Shown here in pieces: positions 14,781-27,826 of a DNA stretch of 59,989 bases. The notes beneath the pieces were generated by a model. That model had not been told where the DNA came from. It did not search any database and saw nothing but the letters and a program-made list of their open reading frames with translations. This stretch comes from Octopus sinensis (Eukaryota), in the NCBI RefSeq assembly GCF_006345805.1, contig NW_021835452.1:1-59989 (forward strand). The letters are read 5' to 3'. Position numbers and translations under genes: made by a program. Within the stretch, counting starts at the first letter, position 1. Each line of letters starts with the position of its first letter.

Positions 14781-15262
14781 TATATATATATACACACACA
14801 ACACACACATATATATATATATATATATACACACACATATAGATACACACACATATGTGTATATATATGTGCGTGTGTGTTTGTGTGTGTGTATATATCT
14901 ATTTATATATTTATAGATATCAATATCTGCCGGATGTGAGTATAAGGCAATATTGCTTTACACTCAGTCAAATATTTTTGTGTAAACGTACGCATATGTG
15001 TGCGTGATTCCGCCGTAATTAGAGCCCTATTCACGTATGCGATTATTTATACAAACATGGATGTGTAAGCATGAACTTTTAGTACCCATGTATGTGGGCG
15101 TATCTTTCTATGTCCATTTACACACACATTTACACACACATATACACACACAGATATATCTATATAATATATATACATACACATATATATATATCTTGTG
15201 TATACATATATATAAATATATATGTACATAAATACATATATATGCATATATATACACAAACA

Positions 15263-15336
<74 letters not shown>

Positions 15337-15454
15337 GCATGTATAATAGTACACACAGATATATGAACATATTGCATGAACGTGTATAGAATACATATAT
15401 ATATAGTATGTGTGTGTATATATATACACACACATAATATATATATATATATAT

Positions 15455-15496
<42 letters not shown>

Positions 15497-16159
15497 TGAT
15501 AGATAGATAGACAGATAGATAGGTAGATAGGTATACACGTATGTATATATGTTTGTGTGTGTCTACATAGTTATGAATACTTGATGCATTGACCCATGTG
15601 TTGAATTATTCTTTGCTTACATGTGCATATGCTCATGCATACATATAAAACATGCATACGAATTCAAGTATGTATGTGTGTGTTTGATTGTGTGTCTATA
15701 CACGCCCCCACGCTTGTGATAGAATTTGAATAAGTATGACGTATCGATGTTCACACTTCAAGTAAATCAAATATATATTTTTGTTGTGTTTCTATTATTA
15801 CTTTGGTTTTCGCTCCACCCCCGCCGCACCATCCATGTATTTTCATATGTGTGTGTGTGTGTGTGTTTGTGTGTGTGTGCGTTTGTATATGTCTGTGAAT
15901 GTATGTAAACGAATGGTCGTTTATAGTTATTGTCATTACATATATATATACATTAAACATGACGTATATATATATATGTATATATTATATGTATATGTGT
16001 GTGTTTGTGCCTGGGTGTAAGTGTGTTACTCTGTATGTTACCAATAAATACAAAAGAATTTACTGAGACATTCCTACACAAAAGGAGAAGATAATAGAAT
16101 CAAAAATGTTAATAAATATTTTCTAAAGGTTCACAAGATTGATGTTTAATAACAATGAT

Positions 16160-16266
16160 GAAAATAATAATAATAATATAATAATAATAATAATAATAAT
16201 AATATATTATTATTATTATTATTATATTATTATTATTATTATTATTATTATCATTATCATAGTTTT

Positions 16267-16297
<31 letters not shown>

Positions 16298-16312
16298 TAA
16301 TAATAATATTAA

Positions 16313-16343
<31 letters not shown>

Positions 16344-16367
16344 GTTATTATAATAATAATAATAATA

Positions 16368-16400
<33 letters not shown>

Positions 16401-16409
16401 GTTATTATA

Positions 16410-16440
<31 letters not shown>

Positions 16441-16471
16441 TATTGTTATTTCATTAGTTATTATAATTATA

Positions 16472-16509
<38 letters not shown>

Positions 16510-16533
16510 TATTATTATTATTATTATATTATT

Positions 16534-16564
<31 letters not shown>

Positions 16565-16606
16565 TTATTATTATTACTATTATTATTATTATTATTATTA
16601 TTATTG
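16160..16606. repeat. (AAT)n/(ATT)n microsatellite with repeated strand switches
   Basis: Directly visible. Confidence 0.95.
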
Positions 16607-17109
16607 CATGTATAATGATATGATCCATTTTTAACTACAGTTTGCCAACTTTTTACTATGTTGTTCATTTCCGATCTCTTGTTTTAGACGTTGCTGGTGT
16701 CTTTCTGGGTTTTTAGGTTATTAATTTTTGTTTTAAGTTTCCCTTACAATTTCCTTCCTCTACCCTTCCATACCATTGCCCTCTCCTCTCTCTTTCATTC
16801 TTTGTCTCACTTTCTCTGTCTCTGTCTCTCTTTCTCTCTCTCTTTCTTTCTATCTAGCTTATATATTAATTTATATATATATACATATATAATTTTTTAT
16901 ATATACATTTATACATACATACATGTATATATATATATGAATGTTTGCGGCTTTGGCTCTGAGATTTTGTTAGAATTGATATATGTACAGGTATGTGTGT
17001 GTGTGTGTGTGAAAATTCAGGTTGCGAAGAATAAACTGTCGTCTAAATTAACCAAAAATGAAAATAACACTGACATCTCATTTTAACAGTCATATTTACG
17101 AAAATTGCA

Positions 17110-17275
17110 TAAAAATATCTTGAAATATCAAAGAATAAATTAATTCAATAAAATCGCCATTGGCTTCAACGAAAGTCTCCAATCGGCTTCAGAATCTCCT
17201 GCAACTCTTTGGACTCTCACCTTGCTTAAGTTTAGTGAATGCTGCCATAATATTTCTGAAAAAAAGACTTTTATG
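17110..17275 (-). pseudogene. Tc1/mariner transposase C-terminal fragment
   Basis: Minus strand IMAAFTKLKQGESPKSCRRF*SRLETFVEANGDFIE resembles the conserved C-terminus (RF..RLEAVV.A.G..FE). Confidence 0.5.
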
Positions 17276-17531
17276 AGTTGCCAGAGAATATAACCCTCAG
17301 AGGCGCTAGTGTTGAAATAGATTTACAATGAATGTAGAAACAGACTGACATTTAGTTCTCGCAGTAAACATACAAATAAATTTGCATATAGTACATTTAC
17401 CACACTTACAGAAGCATCCTCTCCCTCATAGTAATTTTATTAAGAACACTAGTCTTATTGTTAGTATTCTTATTGTTGATATCATTGCTATTTCTATTAC
17501 TGGCATTATTATCATTATCATTATTATTATT

Positions 17532-17597
<66 letters not shown>

Positions 17598-18532
17598 CTA
17601 AGGTCATTGCTCTATTTATTTCTTTGGTTGGTATTATAAAGAAATCATTATTACTGCAACACTAATTTTTATTCCGTTTAAACCTTGCTTTTTTTTTATT
17701 TTCATCATTGTTCTCGTTGTTATTGTTTGTTTAAGATGGCGTTGCTGTTGGCGTTGGGAGCCTTCAGTTCTATAACTCTCCTTTTTTCTCTCTCTCTTTC
17801 TGTCTCTCACTCTCTTTTTTTGTGTCTTTTCTATAAGAAATATGCAATGATTTATTTAAGCTAAGGTCATACAGACGGCACTCATATAATAACAAATGGA
17901 TCACAGGTCACCGTCCTGTATCCAGAAAAGGAATAAATCGTGATATTATTCAAGAGTTCCGTGTTTTTACAGTTTGAGTTATGGCAATGCTTGATTGATG
18001 CATCCACTCAGGACAAAAACAAAAAAAAGAAAACAAAACAAAGAAAAAAAAACTAAAGCATTTAAAGAAGAAAATCTCTGAACAAAAAATGACGGCCATT
18101 GCAACATCTCTTCATCGGGCAGTACCACTGTAACCATTACGGACATTAAAAAATATCACCATAGCCACCACGACGCATCACCACCACCACCATCATCATC
18201 ATCATCATTTGCATAATTTGCTTAAATGACAGCAGCTGCCGAGCCAACTCAAAGAATGAGTTTCAACATGGTCGGTCTATTCGTTAGAAATAACTAACAA
18301 ATCTACCTGAGTTCGCACGCTATCACCTTGAAAAAAATCGGAAACGTTATGTAGAGGAATCTCAGACACAATGCACATAATTTAAATATGGTATGGTCAC
18401 GGCCTAAATGTCGTTAGTCATAATTGGTCCGTTCGATCCAGGCTGATCTAGGGTCTTATTAAACAACAGCGTCAACCACATCAAATTTACTCTACCTAAA
18501 CCAGAAACAATCCGATTTCTATGGTACGAATT

Positions 18533-18589
18533 CTTCTTCTTCTTCTTCTTCTTCTTCTTCTTCTTCTTCTTCTTCTTCTTCTTCTTCTT

Positions 18590-18620
<31 letters not shown>

Positions 18621-18640
18621 TTATTATTATTATTATTATT
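18533..18640. repeat. (TTC)n followed by (TTA)n microsatellite
   Basis: Directly visible. Source of the poly-K and poly-R ORFs. Confidence 0.95.
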
Positions 18641-18644
18641 AATT

Positions 18645-19160
18645 GAGAGAACCGTGCATACCATGAAAGTGACACTGGAGTAAAATAAACCAAGCCCAGT
18701 CTATCCATCATGACTACCCGTATGATAACGGTACACCAGGTACATAGGCACATACATCACAACAATATGTGCATGACATGATGATCTCATCAAGATAAGC
18801 AGCCCATGACCTTGCAGGTGGAATCCAGTTAGAATTTTCCTCAGATCGCGTAGGGCTGTTTAACAATGTTGAATGAAATACCCAATGTTTCCAAAGGTGA
18901 ATTATTCAAACCCCAAAAAGTCCACTCAACAAATGGCTATGATGCTCCTCAACTACTTCTGCTCGTGATCAGAGATTCACATATCGTCAGCCACTAAGGA
19001 AAATGTTCAACTGGTTAATGTCAAGCAACTGACAAGAAAATCTGTTGTACTGAGCAGAACATTTGCTGTAGCCCATCTTTTATACCAAGACAAAACTATG
19101 TACATGATAACACTTCCAATAAGTAAAAATCAGAATCTATGAGAGCTAGTGCCTGTTTAG
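18645..19160. mobile_element. probable interspersed repeat of unknown class
   Basis: Sequence such as cgtgatcagagattcacatatcgtcagccactaagg..gtagcccatcttttataccaagac resembles a repeat I recall from octopus DNA. No second copy in this window. Confidence 0.3.
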
Positions 19161-19815
19161 AGCACTTTGGTGAAAATTATATACGACCTCCTACTTTTCT
19201 TGTATACATGTTAAAATGTATAACATTAACCTGGAATATCATATTTAAATGAAAAATATAGGCACGTAACTTGTGTTTTTCCGCTTGCTGGTGACATTAC
19301 TTCAATGTATGGTCGCGTGTTATGAAGTTCACTTTGCAGTCATAAAGTTTTGGGTTCAATCTCGTTGTGTGTAGTCTTTTGGCTAGTGTATTTGTTTTGT
19401 ATATGTTTTCGACAGTCGGGGTACGATGTGGTAATTCTTTTCTTGGTGAGATTCTACGATTCTACGATTGCAGCTTATGTGTATGGATATCTGTGATTAT
19501 TATTCTATTCGATTTTCGAAAATTAGCTTTTACGTGGGAGAGCTGAGGAGGTCCTGGTTTTAAAAGTATAGCGAATGGCTTGGTTGAAGACTCAACCTTC
19601 CGAGTTTTTTTTTTTACAGGGATTAGAAAAACTGAAGAATCGCTGCGGGAATCTGAGAGGGGAAAACAATAATTAACTGATCCTCTTGTATTTTCTTTTA
19701 CCCAAATCCAGGAACTTTTCAACACCCACTCATAAATTTTAATCATGCTTTTCCAATTCAACTAAATTCTATTTAATACAGTTCTATATTTAAGAGATTA
19801 AGAATTATGTAGAAT

Positions 19816-19996
19816 ATTTACATTATTTACGTTCGACGGATAATTGTCCTCATCTTGTTTGTTGTTAGGAATGAGAACCCAGGTTCGGAATTTTCCCAAG
19901 ACACCTGATGAAGGTTGGAGTGTATATCAGCCGAAACGTTGTATTAACAACAAACAAGATGAGGACAAATATCCGTCGAATGTAAATAATGTAAAT
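19816..19996 (+). mobile_element. Penelope-type pLTR fragment with inverted 5' copy (52-bp arms)
   Basis: 19816-19867 is the reverse complement of 19945-19996 with 2 mismatches. The spacer holds a CTGATGA...GAAACGTT motif. Confidence 0.7.
19900..19945 (+). ncRNA. minimal type I hammerhead-like motif (PLE type)
   Basis: gacac-CTGATGA-a-ggttg(loop)cagcc-GAA-ACGT-T-gtatt. Stem III is only the ACGT palindrome, the triplet is GUU, and stem I has one mismatch. Confidence 0.55.
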
Positions 19997-20929
19997 AATG
20001 TAAATTCTACGTATTCATATCTACACATCTGGAATATCTTCCAATTAATATGAAGATTATTGAATGTAGTAAAATATATTACTATGTGGACAGCAGAGAG
20101 TTCAAGATGAAATATACAATATTTTAACGTAATACAATAAGGACTTAGAGATACAACTATAAATGTTTCATATATAGCCTCAATGTATGACATTCGTGAG
20201 GAAGAGATTATCCTTAGGAGAATTACCTTTAAAACACTCTGTTTTAAAGATAATTAGAAATTTACGGTAAAATAGCTTTTTCCTGTTTTTAAACTTTAAC
20301 GGTTGGGAGTTGCATCTTGTTGGGTTCCGTAATAAAGATGATGATAATAATATGCTCATTTCGATAAAATCGATAAACTGACTGGCATATTGTAAAAAAA
20401 AAAAAACCCTTGGAGATATGAAAGACAAATTTGACCGCTGCAGGATTTGATCCGAGAACGTTAAGAACCGGTTGAATTACTGTAAGATATTTTGTCTATC
20501 GTTCTAACGACCCTGTCAATTCACCGACATAAATTAATGCTTTCTTTCTTCACCACATTTAAGTTAATACCAATTAGAAACACTAGACAACTACAGACGA
20601 CAGGGAACACATATTTGAAGGGACATGTCATTCGTGTGGCCGGCTTTCCAGCTGCTTTTCCTGAACACATAGTAAGATTTTGAACAGCACTGCATACGTA
20701 ACGAAGTAGCACTTGTAACGCATAACGCGTTCTTAACAGTTCGAGGAAAAAATTGCTTCTCCCTCTACCCTACGATGCATATTTACATATTCGCAGTTAC
20801 AGAGATTGAGACAATGAGAGCTACGTGTTTTTAACCAATGATGAGATAACAGCCCTTTCTCTCAACGGTTTGAAGAAAGTCTGGCTCCCTGCGATGTCGG
20901 TCAATTATAACTTTAAATGCCTATCTATC

Positions 20930-21000
20930 TACCTATCTACTTAAATATATATACATACATATACATATATGTATATTTACATACATACATATGCATACAA

Positions 21001-21040
<40 letters not shown>

Positions 21041-21227
21041 AAATATAGATATATGTATATGAATATATAAATATATAAAAGCGAATATATATATATATGT
21101 GTGTGTATGAATGTATATATATATGTATGTATATATATATGTATGCATGTATTTATGTATGTGTGTGTATGTATGTATGCATGAATGTATGTATGTATAT
21201 ATGTATGTACGTATATATGTATGTATG

Positions 21228-21258
<31 letters not shown>

Positions 21259-21803
21259 ATATATATATATATATAATATATATATATATAATATATATAT
21301 ATATATTATATATATATATGTATGTATGTATGTATGTATATGCCTCTTGTGCAATTACTTGCCGGAAGCTTTTAGTCACCTCAGGCAACTCTTTACGTAA
21401 ATATCCTCAAAATATGTGGAATACGTCTATATCCTATCGTCTGCAAATCTCTCTAAGGATGCCACCATCTCACTTTCTCCCTCCTTCAATAACTTTTATA
21501 TATCTTCCTTCGTGTCTTTCTTTGTAATTCTTTCCTGTTCTGTCTCTCTCTCTCTCTCACATTCCTCTTATCTTTCTCTCTCTCTCACATTCTTCTTATG
21601 TCTCTTATGTGACTTTCTCTTTACCTCTCTCTCCTCGTTGCTCTCAATCTCTATTTCTGTCTCTCTATGTCCGTCTGTTCGTCAAACAAGTATATTCTCA
21701 TCATGTGTAACTATTTTCAAATTATATGCCTCTTTAGTTCTCCTATTTTCTAGGGAACTGCTTCCGTTACATATAATAGACCATTGAAGGAGTTCCTAAG
21801 GAT

Positions 21804-21844
<41 letters not shown>

Positions 21845-22173
21845 TATATATATGTATGTATATTCGTTTATTTTTGCTTCTCCCGTCACAATTTTGTCCA
21901 AGGTAAGAATCCTTTGAGCATGTAATTGCTTCGAGTGTTCAGCAAGTTGCCCGAAGGCGAAGTCGTTCGTAATCTCTATTTGCATCTGGGAATGAAACAA
22001 ACGGAACAGACGAGAGTGAAGTAGAGAAAGCATTGTGTAGAATAGGATTAGAAAAAGAAACGGTTTGAAAGAGAAGGAGAGATGGAGAGATGGAGGAAGA
22101 AAGAGAATAAAAAAAAGAAACAGTCACATGCTCATCAGATATGTGTATATATATATATATAATATATATATAT

Positions 22174-22236
<63 letters not shown>

Positions 22237-22545
22237 ATATATATATTATATATATACATATATATATATAAGTACATAAAATACATATATATATACATCT
22301 ATCTATCTATCCATCTATATATATAGATAGATATATGTATTATGTATGTATATATACACACATACATAATACATAAAATATGTATATATACATATAATTC
22401 ATATAATAATGTATATATATATAGTACATATAATAATGTATAGATATGTATGTGTATGTGTGTCTCTGTATGTTCATATATATATGTATATATGTATGTA
22501 TGTATGTATGTATGTGTGTATGTATGTATGTGTGTATGTATAAAT
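20930..22545. repeat. (TA)n/(TATG)n/(TC)n microsatellite fields
   Basis: Directly visible at about 20930-21340, 21540-21670, 21810-21860 and 22140-22545. Confidence 0.9.
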
Positions 22546-23133
22546 GCTCATCCGTTGTTGGTCTGTTTGTGTGTTTGGTGTGTGTGCTCGGAAGTGTATA
22601 TTTGCATATTTATGCGTATGCATGTATGTGCGCATATATGTATATGCGAGTGGATCAGTCCATGTTATTCTGTATGTACGTCTGAGGATACGCGAGAGTG
22701 AGCGAGAAACGACGAAATGATTCATCAATTGTTGATGAACACACACACAAACACACACACACACACAACACACACATACATAAATTCATATATATATTTA
22801 TATATACATACGTACGCACGTATAGTGAGAGAGAGTGAGAAGACGACAAAGAAACTAAGAATATGACATTGTATTTGTTATGTAAATATATGACAACTTA
22901 CATGAAAAAATAAAAACAAGAATAAGGGAATAAAAATTTCTAACACATCTTGGATATTATAAAAGAAACGACATCCAACATTCACGAACTCTAACAACAT
23001 AACTACAGGCGTTTTTAGTTAAAGCGATTGATAATTTCAATACACAAACAGACGACGGATCAAATAATAAACACAGTTATTACCTCGATTGTGTCTCTGA
23101 AATGCTCTGGAATGCCGTTCGTTATCCATATTC

Positions 23134-23181
<48 letters not shown>

Positions 23182-25184
23182 ATGTAATCAGGGAAGAGAA
23201 TCCATGAAATGCATTTTCCGTACTGAAAATTAAAATAGAAAATGATTTTGTTAGAAAGGTGACACACACCATTTATTGGGTGATTAATAAAACTACGCAA
23301 ATAATTAGTCAACACATTTATTAGTAGAATATATTACTGGCTGCATCCAGGTGGTGATCTGAGAGAATCGTTCGATCGTCAAAAGCAAGACGTCCATCTT
23401 TGTTTTCTTCTTGCGCACTACGTTCTGAATTCGTATTTCGCTGAAGTCCTCCATTTGACTTCTATCCATTTCGGAGTCAATGAAATAAAGTATCCTTCAA
23501 CTACTGAAATGGATGTAATAGACTGATCTCATTTCTAAAGATTGCTGTCGTTGTACCGAAATTTGACACTACTGAAAGTGGCCATTTTGTAGAATAATTA
23601 CAGTGTCAGTGAAATGCATCGCGTAATTTCTTTCGGATTTTCAATTTGTGATTTCAAATTTCGCAGCGGCCATCTTTGCCTTCCATCGTTTTGGTATCGA
23701 TAAAATAAGTACCAGTCAGTAACTTGGGTCGAAGTAATCGATTAACTCCCATTTCCCAAATTCCTAGCCTTCTATTAAAACTTGTGGCCCTTATTATATG
23801 CGGCGGGCTGGCAGACCCTTTAGAGCTTCCCTCATAATGCATAGCGCATTGCTTCATTACTTCTAGCTGATCTTAGTTAAAATCTTTCAGATGTCAACCT
23901 TGTGTTCCATCAATTCGAGTAGACTTATTAAAGTACCAGTCAAGTCCTGTGATCGATGTAATAGATTTTCCCCCTTTCTATCCTCGTGGTAACATTACAA
24001 ATAATTATATACAAAATGGGTACAAGTTCACAAAGTTTAGTGGCTTATATCTAGATCAGACATGAAGGGTATATATTTTATAGATAACTAAGAATGAAAT
24101 GCAAATATGAGCTTGTTGAACTTGGCGCCCAAACTGTAAAGGAGCGTAAATAAACACTAAAAGTTATTTGTACGATATGCTAATATTTTTTCACTATTTT
24201 AGTATATTAGTAATTCTAATTGATGTGCATTGGCAGCGATGCTGAAGTTGGGAATGTAATCGATACCATCGACTCCAATACTTGGTAGGAATTACCTCTT
24301 ATCGACCCAGGAAGGATTAGAAGCAATAAGAGCGCCTGCTGGATTTTGAACTTAAAGAATTGAGAATAACGATTCGGTCAAATCACCAGGTTATTATAAT
24401 AAATTATTGATAACAAATAATATTTATTATAATTTCAGTGATTCCTGTAAAATGAGAAATACGTTTGGCAATATTTATTTTGAGCATACCATTGATTACA
24501 ATGGCGTCCAATGAATGACCAGAACTCACTGTATCGCCAACTAGATGTTAAAAATGGCAACATAAACATTATGACGTTTATAGTATTTGAACTTAAAATG
24601 TACATGCTGGAAAGAAAAATGAATTTGGATTATCATAGGCGTTTCAAGTCGGAATGATGAAAGGTAAATCTAATCCTCAGATGAAGTCTGAATATCGAAA
24701 TATGGCACTTCCAATTTTACTTTGAATGGCCTTAATCGTGTGTAGTGTTAACAAGAGCCCTCCCCGCTAAAGTCACATATGTCTCTGTCTAAGTTACGAG
24801 AATAAGACCTGACACTTGAGGTACGTGATGTACGCCACTGAAGCTGATCTGGAATTTAATGTATCATTCGAATTCCCTAAATTACTTTCAGACAGGATTT
24901 TGATCCTCGTCTGGTTTTAATAACTCATTTTCGACGTGGTTCACCTAAAATTAAGCTAAGATTGTATTGAAGTTAGTAAATACACTCGAAATTACACACC
25001 ATTCCCTTAGGCAAATGGATTACGTACGAAATATATTTGATATAAAACTCCATACGAAAGAAATTACATAGTAAAGTATGCGAATTTAAATTGGCGTAGA
25101 CTGCTCACAAGTGTCAGTTAAGTTAAATTACACAGTTCTAGGTTTTCTATTGTTTAAAGTTGACCATACATATGCATGTGTAAG

Positions 25185-25560
25185 TCGGGGCAAAAGTGTC
25201 CACACCATTTCCATATAATTTGCCAGATTTTTTCACGCCTGGAAGTATCTTGTTCCATTGAATATTGCTCTCCTTTTAGGTTGTAATCATCCACCAAGTG
25301 TCTTAACATCCTTGATCACATTCAAATTCGAGTCGTCAACAATGCAGATATTCTCCTTTATACTACGGTGGAGCATTCGGTTATTCCTCAAAATATATTT
25401 TCTTTATCTTTTCTATAAATATTTCCAAGGCCGTTGGCTCTGATGGACATTCAAGTTTAATACTCTCCGTCAAAAACTGTATACCTCTCACCTGCTTTTC
25501 TTCCCAGGTGCATCATTCCTCTCATGAGCTTCATCAGAATTTGTTGTGCAATAAGATAAA
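25185..25560 (-). pseudogene. decayed Tc1-like transposon 3' end
   Basis: The minus strand ends ...tgtggacacttttgccccgac (TIR-like). Fragments resemble EWPSQSP and the terminal TLV..Y..R..A...G..T.Y motif. Confidence 0.3.
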
Positions 25561-25760
25561 AACCAAAGCTGTGTAAACATTAGAGCATTTATCCATAAAT
25601 GGTCTAATATCTTCACAGGCTTGGTTTTCTTTAACCCATTATTTGCAAAATTAACGAATCTGGAACTTAACTATGGTCTGTCTATAGCAATTATTCAGTA
25701 TTACTTGACACATTTTGGTCTCAATGACACCATTATCTCAATACATTGCAGAGTAAAGTA

Positions 25761-25900
25761 ATTTATTTTATAGAAGGAGCTTCTACAGGACTATAACTGT
25801 TTCATTCAGATGAAATCTTCAGGAAGCTCCTGAGCTTCCTGAAGATTTCATCTGAATGAAACAGTTCTAGTCCTGTAGAAGCTCCTTCTATAAAATAAAT
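25761..25900. repeat. near-perfect palindrome, 69-bp arms with 2-nt loop
   Basis: 25761-25829 against 25832-25900, one mismatch (ctataac/gttctag). Confidence 0.95.
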
Positions 25901-25907
25901 ATATATA

Positions 25908-25940
<33 letters not shown>

Positions 25941-26589
25941 CCTGAATGCACAAGTGGATGTAATACAAGATACTTATAAGACTCACTGCAAGAATTCATC
26001 ACTTCAAAGATTTGCAAGAACAATCGCAACAAATACCACAATTAATATGAAACATACCGTTGTTAAATTTTGAAGAACTGTTGATTTGTTTCGGAGCAGT
26101 AAATTAACACGACCTTTATACAACGATTAAATTTATTTGGCAAAATAAAAAAAAACAGCACAGGGGCAATAGTAGGAAGCGAACTATAGACCTTTAGGTC
26201 GGCTGAATTATTTCTGTGACAGTAATTGCAAATACCAATGATCCTTTCTGTTTTCTAATACAAATCTAAACCAAATTCTCACGTATTTTACCAATGACTC
26301 TATTCATTAGATTTCTTTCCCTTTTTTCGATGAAAATAAAAGATTTACAGACATCAGAAGCAAACAAAGACCCTCCTAATATGAAGGTCAAACAAGTTTA
26401 TTTTAGACATTACAGCACCTGTCACCGTATACAGATGGATTTAGGAAGGTCAGCTTATTAAACCACTAGAAACGGATTAAATCCCAAAGCTGGCTCTAAG
26501 ACCAACATTAAGTCGATCTAACACCGGTGCATTTCTATACCATTTCGTTGTACAGACACACTTTAAATATACATTTACATATATATTAC

Positions 26590-26636
<47 letters not shown>

Positions 26637-26802
26637 GCATACACACATTAGGATGTGTGTTTGTATGAATGTTTATATATCAAAATAGCAAACAGGAAAT
26701 CATTACTATGGTTATTAGAATTTTGAGAACTTACAGCGTTGCACTAATGAGGAAAAAATTGCTTTAGTATATATATTTATATACATGCATACATACATAT
26801 GC

Positions 26803-26849
<47 letters not shown>

Positions 26850-27419
26850 TACACGTACATACACTCGTATATACACACGTGCGTTTGTTTTTTCATCTAC
26901 CCGCCTTCGCGATGTTGAAGTGGGCGAAATCTACTTGTCAGTTACTTGTAAGGGTGAGGTCAATTCTTATTGTTCCCTTGTTTAAAGTGCTCCACAACCT
27001 TACGTTGAGCTGTCGATGCGTTACAAACCTGGACAAAGTATTTTCTATTGTCCACTCTGAGAATTGTCATCTGCTTAAGCCTCTTCCCAGCGGTCAGTAA
27101 GCCCACGCCCAGTATGGTTTTTGTCAGCGATTTAACGGCATATCAACTCCAGTACGTCTTTGACATGCTAATAGAGGTAAATAAATAACGAAGACAGAAC
27201 GCAAACAATAAAATAAGAATGCAAGAGAGTGAGTGAAAGAGAGAAGGAGAGAGATAGACAGAGATAGACAGAGAGAGAGAGAAGCATACAGACAAGTAGA
27301 CTGACCGACAAATAGAAAGTGTGAGAGTCTAGAGAATCTAGTATGTGCATGAAGAATGGGTAAGGAAAACAAGAAGAGATATAGAAGCGGATATGCTAAG
27401 AAGGACTGGGAAGGAGTAT

Positions 27420-27485
27420 GTCTATCTATCTATCTATCTATACTATCTATCTATCTATATATCTATCTATCTATCTATTTATCTA

Positions 27486-27531
<46 letters not shown>

Positions 27532-27580
27532 CTATCTATCTATCACTATCTATCTATCTCTATCTATCTATCTCTATCTA

Positions 27581-27610
<30 letters not shown>
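27420..27610. repeat. (TCTA)n-(TC)n microsatellite, 5' flank of the Tx1 element
   Basis: Directly visible. Confidence 0.95.
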
Positions 27611-27611
<1 letters not shown>

Positions 27612-27826
27612 GACGGATGTGATGTCGTTTCAGCTCCGAAGGTAATCATTTATTTTGACCATTTAAAAGTGTATATTGACAAACATTTTGTGCTTAAAAG
27701 TTGTGCAACAACATCCACTGTAAACCTTTGATAAATATCGACACAAAAATTTTGCCCCTTGTGGGCAAAATTAAAAGAAAAAATTCTCATAGCCTTCGTG
27801 GTTTCATTTAGCCATTTTATTTCAAA

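Noticed and set aside
20521-20712. Minus-strand ORF with a hydrophobic stretch (YVFPVVCSCLVFLIGINLNV), candidate host exon
   Set aside because: No recognisable family, weak splice signals, and no supporting neighbouring exon.
21880-22020. Strong acceptor-like (minus) and donor-like (plus, caag/gtaaga) sites
   Set aside because: Neither has a matching partner site enclosing a convincing open exon.
25832-25880. Hammerhead in the palindrome arm (ctgaaga...gaaacagtt)
   Set aside because: Stem I cannot form and stem II is marginal.
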